Assembly (NCBI GenBank): GCA_963783375.1
Contig: CAWANH010000028.1
Location: 1,920,001-1,984,000, forward strand
DNA length: 64,000 nucleotides
Origin: Candidatus Eiseniibacteriota bacterium
Lineage (GTDB): Bacteria > Eisenbacteria > RBG-16-71-46 > JABDJR01
Direction of reading: 5' to 3'
Part shown: positions 18,192 to 26,992 of the stretch, in pieces
How the letters are laid out: each line of letters begins with the position of its first letter
Position numbering within the stretch: position 1 is the first letter of the stretch
Notes under the pieces: generated by a model
What the model was told of the DNA's origin: nothing
The model's database searches: none
The model's input: only the letters and a program-made list of their open reading frames with translations
Translations under genes and position numbers: made by a program

Positions 18192-20374
18192 GCTCCGTGG
18201 ACAGCACCGCCGGCGTGGCCGGTCTCCGGCCGGCGGCCGGCGAGGCCTCCTCCGCCCCCTCTTCCCGTCACGTGGCCTCCGGGTCCGGCGCGGGCCGGGG
18301 CGCGATGAAACCCCGGTCGGCGTTCCGTTTCGGTTCCTCGGGAGAGGCCTGGCTGGCCATCGGGGTGGTGGCGGTGGTCGGGCTCCTGGTGGTCCCGCTT
18401 CCCCCCTTCGCCCTCGACGTCTTCCTGGCCCTGAGCTTCGGCCTGGCGGTGGTGGTGCTCCTGGTGGTGGTCTCCGCCCAGGATCCCCTGGAGTTCAGCA
18501 TCTTCCCCAGCCTCCTGCTCCTTTTGACCCTCTTCCGGCTGGGGCTCAACGTGAGCAGCACCCGGCTCATCCTCTCCACCGCCAGCGCGGGCCAGGTGAT
18601 CTCCGCCTTCGGGAACTTCGTGATCGGCGGCAACCTGGTGGTGGGGCTGGTCATCTTCCTCATCCTGGTGGTGATCAACTTCGTGGTCATCACCAAGGGG
18701 GCGGGCCGGATCGCCGAGGTCGCGGCGCGCTTCACCCTGGATGCCATGCCGGGCCGGCAGATGAGCATCGACGCCGACCTCGGCGCCGGGCTCATCGACG
18801 AGAACGAAGCCCGCCGCCGCCGGGAGGAGATCAACCGCTACGCCGACTTCTACGGGGCCATGGACGGGGCGGCCAAGTTCGTCCGCGGGGACGCGGTGGC
18901 CGGGCTCATCATCACCGGCATCAACCTGGTGGGCGGCTTCGTGATCGGGATGACCCAGCGCGGGATGTCGGCCTCCGGGTCGCTCTCCACCTTCAGCACC
19001 CTCACCGTGGGCGACGGCCTGGTCACCCAGATCCCCGCCCTGGTGGTCAGCACCGCGGCGGGCATCCTGGTCACCTACGGTTCCTCCCGGGTGGCCATGG
19101 GCCCGTCCATCGGGCGCCAGCTCACCCGGAGCGTGACCGCCATCATGACCGCGGCGGGGATCCTGGCTCTTTTCGCGGTGGTGCCCGGGCTTCCCCCGGT
19201 GCCGTTCCTGTTCCTGGCCGCGGTGACCTTCCTGATCGGATTCACGGTCCGGCGCCGGCGGGGTCGGGCGGCGGTCGAGGCCTCGGAGGAGGCGGGCGTC
19301 GAGGCGGGGACCGCCGCCGGGCCCGCTCTCCAGGAGCTTCTGACCGTGGAGCCCCTGGAGCTGGAGGTCGGGTACGGGCTCATCCCGCTGGTGGACGAGA
19401 GCCGCGGCGGGGACCTGCTCCGCCGGGTGGGCATTCTCCGGAAACAGCTCGCGGTGGAGCTGGGGATCGTCGTGCCTCCGGTGCGGGTGCGCGACAACAT
19501 CCAGCTCGGCGCCCAGGAATACGCGGTGAAGGTGCGGGGGATCCGGGTGGCCGGATCCGATCTCCGGCCGGGCATGTTGATGGCCCTGGACACCCGCGGG
19601 GACGCGGCGCCGATGGCCGGGACCGCGGCGAAAGACCCGAGCTTCGGTCTCCCCGCGGTGTGGATCCAGCCCCATCAGCGCCCGGCGGCGGAAGCGGCGG
19701 GCTACACCGTGGTCGATCCGCCCACCGTGCTCACCACCCACCTCATGGAGACCATCCGCGCCCACGCTGCCGAACTCCTGAGCCGCCAGGACGCGCGGGA
19801 GCTTCTGGACGGTCTCAAGGAAACCCATCCGTCCCTGGTGGAGGACGTGGTGCCGGCCAAGGTGTCGCTCGGAACCTTCCACCGGGTGCTCCAACGGCTG
19901 GTGCGCGAGGGGATCCCGGTTCGCGACCTGATCACCATTCTCGAGACCCTCTCCGACGCCGCCGAACAGACCAAGGACCCCGAGCTCCTCACCGAGCATG
20001 CCCGGCGCGCGCTCTCGATGGTCATCGCCCAGATGCTCCAGGACCCCGACGGCACCATCCGCGCGATCGCGGTGGGGTCCCGCCTCGAGGTCGCGCTCAT
20101 GCAGACCCTGAGCCCCAGCAAGCAGGAGGGGGGGCGCCGCGGGCTCGATCCCGGCCAGCTCACCCTCGCCCTGGAGGAACTGGGCCGGATCGCCGCCGGG
20201 AACGCGGGCGGCGGCGCGACCCTACCCCTCATCACCCCGCCCGCTCTGCGGATCGGGATCCGCCGGTTCCTGGAACCCAGCTTTCCCCGTCTGCCGGTGA
20301 TCTCCCTGGCCGAGGTCCCGCCGCAGACTCCGATTCAAACCGTCAGCCTGTGGGAGCTTCCCGATGCAGCATGA
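18188..20374 (+). CDS. flhA: Flagellar export protein FlhA
   Basis: RIAEVAARFTLDAMPGRQMSIDADL, FYGAMDGAAKFVRGDA; start may be ATG 18305. Confidence 0.97.
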   Translation: MSSVDSTAGVAGLRPAAGEASSAPSSRHVASGSGAGRGAMKPRSAFRFGSSGEAWLAIGVVAVVGLLVVPLPPFALDVFLALSFGLAVVVLLVVVSAQDPLEFSIFPSLLLLLTLFRLGLNVSSTRLILSTASAGQVISAFGNFVIGGNLVVGLVIFLILVVINFVVITKGAGRIAEVAARFTLDAMPGRQMSIDADLGAGLIDENEARRRREEINRYADFYGAMDGAAKFVRGDAVAGLIITGINLVGGFVIGMTQRGMSASGSLSTFSTLTVGDGLVTQIPALVVSTAAGILVTYGSSRVAMGPSIGRQLTRSVTAIMTAAGILALFAVVPGLPPVPFLFLAAVTFLIGFTVRRRRGRAAVEASEEAGVEAGTAAGPALQELLTVEPLELEVGYGLIPLVDESRGGDLLRRVGILRKQLAVELGIVVPPVRVRDNIQLGAQEYAVKVRGIRVAGSDLRPGMLMALDTRGDAAPMAGTAAKDPSFGLPAVWIQPHQRPAAEAAGYTVVDPPTVLTTHLMETIRAHAAELLSRQDARELLDGLKETHPSLVEDVVPAKVSLGTFHRVLQRLVREGIPVRDLITILETLSDAAEQTKDPELLTEHARRALSMVIAQMLQDPDGTIRAIAVGSRLEVALMQTLSPSKQEGGRRGLDPGQLTLALEELGRIAAGNAGGGATLPLITPPALRIGIRRFLEPSFPRLPVISLAEVPPQTPIQTVSLWELPDAA

Positions 20375-21359
20375 AACCTTTCGCGGCGCCCGTGTTCCCG
20401 AACTCTTCTCCCAGGCCCGGTCCGCGCTGGGACCGGATGCGGTGATTCTCTCGGTGCGGCGCCTGGACGGCGCCGACTTCGAGGTGGCCGCCGCGGACCC
20501 CGAAGCGGCGGCGGCCATCCGCGCCCGGGCGGCGGTCCGGGCCAAGGCCCTCCGGAGGCAATCGCCGGTCGAGATCGACACCGTCGGCGGGTGGGGGGTG
20601 GATCCGGGTGAGATCGCGGGCGGCTTCCGTCTTCCCGCGGCCGCTGCGCCCGCCTCTCCCGAGGCTGCACTGCCCGCGGCGGGTGGGGTCCCGCCCCGGG
20701 TCGCGAACCAGGTCCCGCGGACGCCGCCCGTTCCCTCGGCGAAGGGTCGTCCGCTGGTGATCGCCCTGGTGGGTCCCACCGGCGCGGGAAAGACCACCAC
20801 CGCGGCCAAGCTCAGCCGGAACGCCGCCGCCTTCGCCGGACGCCGGGTCGGGGTACTCACCCTCGATGGCTTCCGCGCCCGCGCGCTGGATCAGCTTCGG
20901 AGCTATCCCGGCCTCTCCGCCTTTTCCATGGCCGCGGCGTTCACTCGCGCGGACATTCGTCCGGCCCTCAAGCAGATGAAGGGGATGGATGTGGTGCTGG
21001 TGGACACCCCGGGGCGCGGTCCCCGCGGCCACGAGGACGCGGTGCGGATCCGGGAGTGCCTGTGGGCGCTCCGGCCGGACGAGGTGCACTTCGTCCTCCC
21101 GGCCGGACTCTCCACCGCCGCCGGACTCCGCGCCTTCGGTGAAGCGCGGAGCTTCTCGCCGACCCATCTGTTGCCGACCAAACTCGACGAGTATCCGGAG
21201 GACGTGGCGATCCTGTCCCTGGCGCGGCGCCTCGGGCTGGCGACGCGATGGGCCGCGGACGGGCAGCGCGTCCCGGGGGACCTTCGCGCCTTCTCCCTCC
21301 CCGAGCCGAGGGGCGAGCGTCCACTGCGACATGAAACCCTGAGCGTGGCGGGAGTGTGA
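20364..21359 (+). CDS. flhF: Flagellar SRP-family GTPase FlhF
   Basis: LGPDAVILS N-terminus, GPTGAGKTTT, DTPGR, TKLDE, GQRVPGDL. Confidence 0.92.
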   Translation: MQHETFRGARVPELFSQARSALGPDAVILSVRRLDGADFEVAAADPEAAAAIRARAAVRAKALRRQSPVEIDTVGGWGVDPGEIAGGFRLPAAAAPASPEAALPAAGGVPPRVANQVPRTPPVPSAKGRPLVIALVGPTGAGKTTTAAKLSRNAAAFAGRRVGVLTLDGFRARALDQLRSYPGLSAFSMAAAFTRADIRPALKQMKGMDVVLVDTPGRGPRGHEDAVRIRECLWALRPDEVHFVLPAGLSTAAGLRAFGEARSFSPTHLLPTKLDEYPEDVAILSLARRLGLATRWAADGQRVPGDLRAFSLPEPRGERPLRHETLSVAGV

Positions 21360-22231
21360 TGTCCGGTCCTTCCGAATCCACCTTCATCCCGGAGCCGGAG
21401 CGATCCGGACCGCCGCCGGGAGCGGCACCGGCGCCGCGGGTCGTCTCCACCGCGGGGGCGACTCCACGGGACCGGGCCGGAGACGAGCTCTGGACCCGGT
21501 ACCGCCGGGACGGGGACCTTCGCGCCCGGGACCAGCTCCTGGAGCGCCACCTGGGTCTCGTTCACCGGGCGGCGCGGGAGGTCGTGCGTCACGCGCCGGC
21601 CTCGCTCGAGCTGGACGATCTGGTGGGAGCGGGGACGGTGGGTCTGGTCCAGGCCCTGGAAGCCTTCGACCCCGGTCGCGGCTTCGCGTTCAGCACCTTC
21701 GCCATGCCCCGCATCCGGGGGGCGATCCTCGACGAGGTGCGCGGTTGGGACTGGGTGCCCCGCTCGGTCCGCGAGCGGAACCGTCGCATCAAGAAGGCCG
21801 CCGACGGTCTCCGGCGCATGCTGGGCCGGGAACCCGAACCGGCCGAGGTGGCCGCCGCCCTGGGCATCGACGTCGAGACCTACCAGCGGCAGGCCGCCGA
21901 TCTTCGGGACCCGGTCCTGGTCGCCTTCGATCCCGGCCCCGACGAAGCCGGTGAGGGGGGCGGTCTGGCCGAAGTGCTCCCCGACGAATCGGCTCCCGAC
22001 CAGACCGCGGTGCTCGAGCGGTCCGAGACCATGGAGGGTCTGGCCGAGGCCTTCGCCTCGCTCTCCGAGCGGGATCGCCTGGTGCTGACCTTGTCCTACT
22101 ACGAACGGCTCACCCTGCAGGAGATCGGGGAGGTCCTCCACGTGACCGAGTCCCGGGTCTCCCAGATCCGGACCCGCGCCCACAAGCGGCTCCTGGAGCG
22201 GATGGAACCACCCCTCGACCGGGCGGCGTAG
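21356..22231 (+). CDS. fliA: RNA polymerase sigma28 factor FliA
   Basis: RIRGAILDE.R..DWVPRS, L.YYE.LTL.EIGEVL.VTESRVSQI. Confidence 0.95.
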   Translation: MMSGPSESTFIPEPERSGPPPGAAPAPRVVSTAGATPRDRAGDELWTRYRRDGDLRARDQLLERHLGLVHRAAREVVRHAPASLELDDLVGAGTVGLVQALEAFDPGRGFAFSTFAMPRIRGAILDEVRGWDWVPRSVRERNRRIKKAADGLRRMLGREPEPAEVAAALGIDVETYQRQAADLRDPVLVAFDPGPDEAGEGGGLAEVLPDESAPDQTAVLERSETMEGLAEAFASLSERDRLVLTLSYYERLTLQEIGEVLHVTESRVSQIRTRAHKRLLERMEPPLDRAA

Positions 22232-22469
22232 CTCCGGACCTCTGTCGACGCCGCGCTTTGGCGGAGCGCCCGGGTGCCCGACGAGGAGGCGGGCGACATG
22301 GGGAGGCGATCCCCGGGCCGTTCCGCGCTCTCGGGTGCTGGAGCTTCGCGCGCGGGGCCGCCTCGACGCATCCTCCCTCGCGGCCTGCCTGGAGGCGCCT
22401 GCCCGCAATCGCTTTGGTTTCGACCCTCCCGAGGGACCCGATCTCGAGATCAGATCGCGGACCCAGGTA

Positions 22470-22515
22470 TTGGCAATCGGCCACATGTTGTGGCAATATG
22501 GCCACGTCTTGTAAC
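22470..22515 (+). promoter_or_regulatory. Promoter with tandem inverted-repeat operators for the wHTH gene
   Basis: GCCAC-ATGTT-GTGGC (22480-22494) and GCCAC-GTCTT-GTAAC (22501-22515), 21 bp apart, overlapping TTGGCA...CAATAT. Confidence 0.5.
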
Positions 22516-22530
22516 CATTGGAGCCTGTCC

Positions 22531-22869
22531 ATGATCCCTGCACTCGAAGCCCTGTTTGGCAGCCGGTCTGCAGCACAAACCTTGTTGTTCTTGCAGAACT
22601 ACGGTGAGGGACATGCCCGCCGGATAGCCGCCACATTCGATGTGTCCCACACGGCCATCCAACGGCAGCTGCAGCGCCTGGAAGCCGAGGGCATCCTCGT
22701 CAGCCGTATGGTCGGTAACACCCGGGTTTTCACGTGGAATCCACGCAGCGCCACAGTCAAGGAATTGCGCAAGTTTCTTGAGACCGAGTTGGACCGTCTC
22801 CCTGACGACCTGACAAAGCAGTACTTCCGGCAACGCCAGCGCCCACGCCGTAGCGGCAAAGCGCAATAA
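22531..22869 (+). CDS. Winged helix-turn-helix protein (ArsR-like; putative antitoxin/regulator)
   Basis: LEALFGS, IQRQLQRLE.EGILVSR.VG.TRVF.WNP; GGAG RBS. Confidence 0.75.
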   Translation: MIPALEALFGSRSAAQTLLFLQNYGEGHARRIAATFDVSHTAIQRQLQRLEAEGILVSRMVGNTRVFTWNPRSATVKELRKFLETELDRLPDDLTKQYFRQRQRPRRSGKAQ

Positions 22870-22872
22870 CCC

Positions 22873-23421
22873 ATGGGAATCAACGCGGGCACCACAGCCG
22901 TGGAGTTGGCCGCATTGGTCAGTCAGGCCTTGGAGGCTGCCGGCATCCAAGCAACGTTGTCAGGCGGCGGTGCAGTCTCCATGTACACCGACAATGAATA
23001 CAAGTCTGAGGACCTCGATTTCGTCACCGCCGAACGACGTGACCGGCTATCCGCCGCACTGGAGCCCCTTGGGTTCACCCTGGCCAGTGATCGGCGCCAT
23101 TTCACGCACCCAGGCACCGGACTGTTTCTGGAGTTCCCGCCTGCCCCCCTCGAGTTTGGCAGCCGGGTTGTGCAGCACGACGACATTCCCAGGATGAATA
23201 CGCCATGGGGACCGCTACGCGTCATCAGCCCGACGCTCTGCGTAATGGATCGTCTGGCCGCTTACTGGCACTGGAATGATCGCCAGTCCTGGGATCAGGC
23301 CGTGTTGGTGGCCAGACATCAGGACGTGGACTACGCGGAACTCGTCGCGTACGCGACGGATGAAAATGCCGACCCTCACGATATCGACAAGCTGCGCGAG
23401 CAGGCACGCCGACGACCTTAG
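22873..23421 (+). CDS. Putative nucleotidyltransferase-fold protein (AbiEii-like)
   Basis: LSGGGAVSMY....KSEDLDFV matches the GG..A...S.D.D NTase signature. Confidence 0.6.
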   Translation: MGINAGTTAVELAALVSQALEAAGIQATLSGGGAVSMYTDNEYKSEDLDFVTAERRDRLSAALEPLGFTLASDRRHFTHPGTGLFLEFPPAPLEFGSRVVQHDDIPRMNTPWGPLRVISPTLCVMDRLAAYWHWNDRQSWDQAVLVARHQDVDYAELVAYATDENADPHDIDKLREQARRRP

Positions 23422-23449
23422 TCACCTCAAGTCAACGTCGCCTTCCCCT

Positions 23450-23995
23450 TCATCGCAACTCGACATTGCCTCTGAGGTACGCCAATACCTGGCGAGCGCG
23501 CTCGTGAGGGCCCCCCGCCACCTCGATCGCGGGCACACCGAAGGCCCACCGGTCATCCAGGACGATGTCCAGAAGTTCCTGGTGTACGCGCCGCCTCAGA
23601 CGCACGTGGTCCAACTCGGACTCGGCCACGCGTTCCGGCTCTTCGATCGGGACGAATATGATGAGATCAAGCAGCTGCATGACATCGTGCAGCCCGGGCA
23701 ACCAGCGATCGACGTCGAACCCTTCCGGCTCGCCGTGTGCGATCAGGTAGGCCAGCATGTCCAACGGGCAACGGTCAAAAATGCAGTCTCCCTCGCTCTC
23801 AAAGATCGACTGGACCGAGCGCTCGAGTTGCAGTTCGAATTCCTCGATGCCGGGCATCTCCGCAAATGGGTGCCCCTCATCCTCGAGCAGATAGTACGGC
23901 TCATCGACCCGGCTGAACGCCGGAAGCGAACCGGCGAGTTCACCGACCAAGGTCGTCTTTCCGGTGCGATGTGCTCCTGAAACGGCGATTCTCAT
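23450..23995 (-). CDS. AAA_28/NadR-like P-loop ATPase/kinase
   Basis: MRIAVSGAHRTGKTTL Walker A, FDRCPLD.LAY. Confidence 0.8.
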   Translation of the reverse strand: MRIAVSGAHRTGKTTLVGELAGSLPAFSRVDEPYYLLEDEGHPFAEMPGIEEFELQLERSVQSIFESEGDCIFDRCPLDMLAYLIAHGEPEGFDVDRWLPGLHDVMQLLDLIIFVPIEEPERVAESELDHVRLRRRVHQELLDIVLDDRWAFGVPAIEVAGGPHERARQVLAYLRGNVELR

Positions 23996-24015
23996 GACCT
24001 GACCCTCGACCATCG

Positions 24016-24063
24016 GCCCAACATGGTGTTGAGCCTGCCAGGCCGACCCGTCACGGCCCTTGC
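24016..24063 (-). mobile_element. 3' half of an integron attC-like site
   Basis: Minus strand GCAAGGGCCGTGACGGGTCGGCCTGGCAGGCTCAACACCATGTTGGGC ends in a GTTRRRY core 20 nt before the ATPase ATG; no complementary 5' arm found. Confidence 0.45.
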
Positions 24064-24277
24064 TGCGGCGCCGCCCGCGACAAACTGGCTCCTAGGTTGA
24101 CCTGGGTGCCAACTACCCGGTTCGGGACAAGCGCCCGCCCACTTTTCACCACGAGCGATCTGGTTGTGCTCGCGCGCCCCCGGGCGCGCATGGTCCATGA
24201 TAGATGATGCACAGGATTGGCCCACACACGTTCATCCGTCGAGCGTCCGGCCGACCGGGGATGGTGCCTCCCTTGGT

Positions 24278-24365
24278 CGCGGACCCGACGTTCCCCCGGG
24301 TGAATGCGAGGTTCCCCCGGGTGTACCCGGGTACACCACGTTCGCGATAGATTCCTTATCGCGAC
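24278..24365. repeat. Degenerate single copy of the palindromic element found at 48.7-49.2 kb
   Basis: CGCGGACCCGACGTTCCCCCGGGTGAA vs CGCGGACCCGAAGTTCACCCGGGTGAA; palindrome GGTGTACCCGGGTACACC; GTTCGCGATA-N7-TATCGCGAC. Confidence 0.75.
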
Positions 24366-24477
24366 GCCTCGGGCGGAGCGGCCCGAAGGCCGCGCTCCAC
24401 CAAGGCTGACCGAACCCCCCGGGGCTATCTCCTCGCGACCCCGGCCGCGCCAAGGCGACCGCACCCTCCGTCCCATC

Positions 24478-24513
24478 CGGAAATCCCTTCCGCCCGGCCG
24501 GAACTTTCGGTTC
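24478..24513. promoter_or_regulatory. Palindromic box plus phased half site (putative UAS for flgF)
   Basis: CGGAAA-TCC-CTTCCG (24478-24492); CGGAAC half site 21 bp later. Confidence 0.5.
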
Positions 24514-24609
24514 ACACCGCCCCGAATCGCTCGGCGCCCTCGAAACAACGACCCCGATAACCCGCGGGTACACAGCGACTTCTGGGGATTCCTCGCCCGT
24601 CGATGGAAG

Positions 24610-24625
24610 CGGCACGCGCCTTGCG
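24610..24625 (+). promoter_or_regulatory. Sigma54 promoter of the flgF operon
   Basis: CGGCACGCGCCTTGC, GG-N10-GC. Confidence 0.8.
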
Positions 24626-24737
24626 TATCGGCCCGGTGGTGCGCCCCCGGCCCGGCGCGGCATCGACCGCGCCGCCGGATCGCCGCGGCGGGAGCCGCGG
24701 CCTCGGACCGGCGCGCAGAAGAACACGGAGGAACCCG

Positions 24738-25427
24738 GTGCTGAACGGAATCGCCGACACTGCCCGCACGCTGTCCTACTACCTCCGCCGCCAGGAGGCG
24801 GCGGCCGAGAACGTGGCCCAGGCCAGCACCCAGGGATACAAGGCGGTGCGGGTGGCCGCCCAGGCCGCTCCCGGCACCGGTGCCCCGGAGGCGGTGAGCT
24901 GGACGGACTGGAAACAGGGCGCCCTCCGGGAGACCGGACGGCCTCTCGACCTGGCCTTCGAAGGGGATGGCTTTCTCGTGGTTCAGACGCCGGGGGGGGA
25001 GCGTCTGAGCCGCGGGGGAGCGCTCGGCCTCGACGCCGGAGGGCGCCTCACCGATGCCGACGGACGCCCGGTTCTGGGCCAGGGGGGACCGGTCTTCCTC
25101 CACGGCGGTTCGGTGGAGATCGGAAACGACGGGACGGTTCGGGTGGACGGCCAGGAAGCCGCGCGCCTCCGGATCGAGACGGTATCCGATCTCTCGACCC
25201 TCACCCGCCTGGACGGAGGGATCTACCGGCCATCGGGCAAGACCGCTCCGGCGCTCCCGGGACAGGCCGAGCTCCGGCAGGGCCGGCTCGAAGACTCCAA
25301 CGTCGACCCCGTTCTTTCCATGGTGGACCTGATCGGCATTCACCGCGCCTTCTCGGCCAACGCCCAGGCGCTCAAGGTGGTGGACCGCGTGCTCGGGATC
25401 GCGGCCACCGAAGTCGGGGACGCCTAG
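24738..25427 (+). CDS. flgF: Flagellar basal-body rod protein FlgF
   Basis: GGAGG RBS with GTG start; ENVA.AST.GYK, TGRPLDLA.EGDGF, LEDSNV. Confidence 0.9.
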   Translation: MLNGIADTARTLSYYLRRQEAAAENVAQASTQGYKAVRVAAQAAPGTGAPEAVSWTDWKQGALRETGRPLDLAFEGDGFLVVQTPGGERLSRGGALGLDAGGRLTDADGRPVLGQGGPVFLHGGSVEIGNDGTVRVDGQEAARLRIETVSDLSTLTRLDGGIYRPSGKTAPALPGQAELRQGRLEDSNVDPVLSMVDLIGIHRAFSANAQALKVVDRVLGIAATEVGDA

Positions 25428-25450
25428 CCGGCGCCCCGGGGAGATCACGC

Positions 25451-26239
25451 ATGAACGCCAGCCTTCGCACCTCGGCCAGCGGGATGATGGCCCAGCAGAC
25501 GATGATCGACGTCATCGCCAACAACCTCGCCAACGTCAACACCACCGGGTTCAAGCGAAGCCGGGTCTCCTTCCAGGACGTCTTCTACGAGCTGGTGAAG
25601 GGACCCCGCCCCTCCGGCGACCTTTCCGGGGGCACCCTGGGGCCGCTCCAGGTGGGACGCGGGGTGCGGGTGGCCGCGGTGGACCGGATCCACTCCCAGG
25701 GACCCATGGAGGGCACCGACCGGCCGCTCGACCTGGCCATCGAAGGGGACGGCTTCTTCCAGGTTCGCCGTCCGGACTACACGACCGCCTACACCCGGGA
25801 CGGAAGCTTCACCCTCTCCGAGAACGGCGCCCTGGTCACCGAGGACGGAAACGAGGTGCTCCCCGGGATCCTGGTGCCCCAGGACGCCACCGGGGTCAGC
25901 ATTTCCCCCTCGGGAGTGGTGAGCGCCACCGTGCAGGGGGCCACCGATGCGGTGGAGCTGGGCCGGATCGAGCTGGCGCGGTTCATCAACCCCAGCGGAC
26001 TTTTCGCCGTCGGCCAGAACCAATACCTGGAAACTCCCGCCTCGGGCGAACCCATGATCGGCTCGCCGGACGAGCAGGGCTTCGGTCGCATCCAGCAGGG
26101 GTCCTTGGAGACCAGCAACGTGGAGATCGTCCAGGAGATGACCGACATGATCGCGGCCCAGCGCGCCTACGAGATCAACGCGCGGGCCATCCAGAGCGCC
26201 GACCAGATGATGCAGACCACCGGCGACCTCCTGCGATAG
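25451..26239 (+). CDS. flgG: Flagellar distal rod protein FlgG
   Basis: SGM.AQQ..IDVIANNLANVNTTGFK, LETSNV, AQRAYEIN. Confidence 0.97.
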   Translation: MNASLRTSASGMMAQQTMIDVIANNLANVNTTGFKRSRVSFQDVFYELVKGPRPSGDLSGGTLGPLQVGRGVRVAAVDRIHSQGPMEGTDRPLDLAIEGDGFFQVRRPDYTTAYTRDGSFTLSENGALVTEDGNEVLPGILVPQDATGVSISPSGVVSATVQGATDAVELGRIELARFINPSGLFAVGQNQYLETPASGEPMIGSPDEQGFGRIQQGSLETSNVEIVQEMTDMIAAQRAYEINARAIQSADQMMQTTGDLLR

Positions 26240-26248
26240 GAACCGGCC

Positions 26249-26992
26249 ATGAAGACACCCGACATTCCGCGTCGTCCCCGGTTCGCGGTTCTGGCCGCGG
26301 TGGCCACCGCGTTCCTGGTGCGGGCGGCCGCGGCCGGCCCGGCGCCGGCTACCGCCTCCTCCGAGGCCTCGGCGCCGGTGGCCAGGGCGGTGGAGGAAGG
26401 CGTGACCGCGCGAATCGCCAGGAACTGGAACGTGGATCCCGCCGTCTTGCGTCTGAAGTGGGGTCGCGCCCCCTCCGGCGCGAAGGCTCCCGACGCCGCG
26501 CTGGTCCGGATCACCGGACAGGGCCGGGACGGGTGGATGGCCGCGGTGGTGGCGTCTCCGGACGGAGCGCCGGCGGCGGTTCCGGTGCGGGCGGGACGCC
26601 TCGACACGGTGTGGACCGCGGCCCGGACCCTGGCCGCGGGATCGCGTCTCGCCGAAGGGGACGCGCAACCCGAGACCCGGGTGCTCTGGGGGCCTCCACG
26701 GGGAGGCGCCCGGGAACGGCCCGCGCCCGGATGGGAGGTCCGCCGGAACCTGGCCCTGGGCGAGATGTTGATCGAGCCGGCGGTGGAGCCTCCTGCGCTC
26801 ATCGATCCCGGCGAGGCGGTGCAGCTCATCTGGTCGCGGGGAACCGTTCGGTTGTCCCTCACCGGCCGGGCCCTGAATCGGGCGCGGAGCGGTGAGGCGG
26901 TGCGGGTGCGGATCCCGGGGCGCGAGCGCCCCCTGACTGCGACCGCGGTGGAAGCGGGGGTCGCGGAGATCGACCCGGGAGGATCCCGATGA
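26249..26992 (+). CDS. flgA: P-ring formation chaperone FlgA
   Basis: Signal peptide, SAF-like domain, GRAL....GE.VRVR C-terminus; between flgG and flgH. Confidence 0.8.
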   Translation: MKTPDIPRRPRFAVLAAVATAFLVRAAAAGPAPATASSEASAPVARAVEEGVTARIARNWNVDPAVLRLKWGRAPSGAKAPDAALVRITGQGRDGWMAAVVASPDGAPAAVPVRAGRLDTVWTAARTLAAGSRLAEGDAQPETRVLWGPPRGGARERPAPGWEVRRNLALGEMLIEPAVEPPALIDPGEAVQLIWSRGTVRLSLTGRALNRARSGEAVRVRIPGRERPLTATAVEAGVAEIDPGGSR

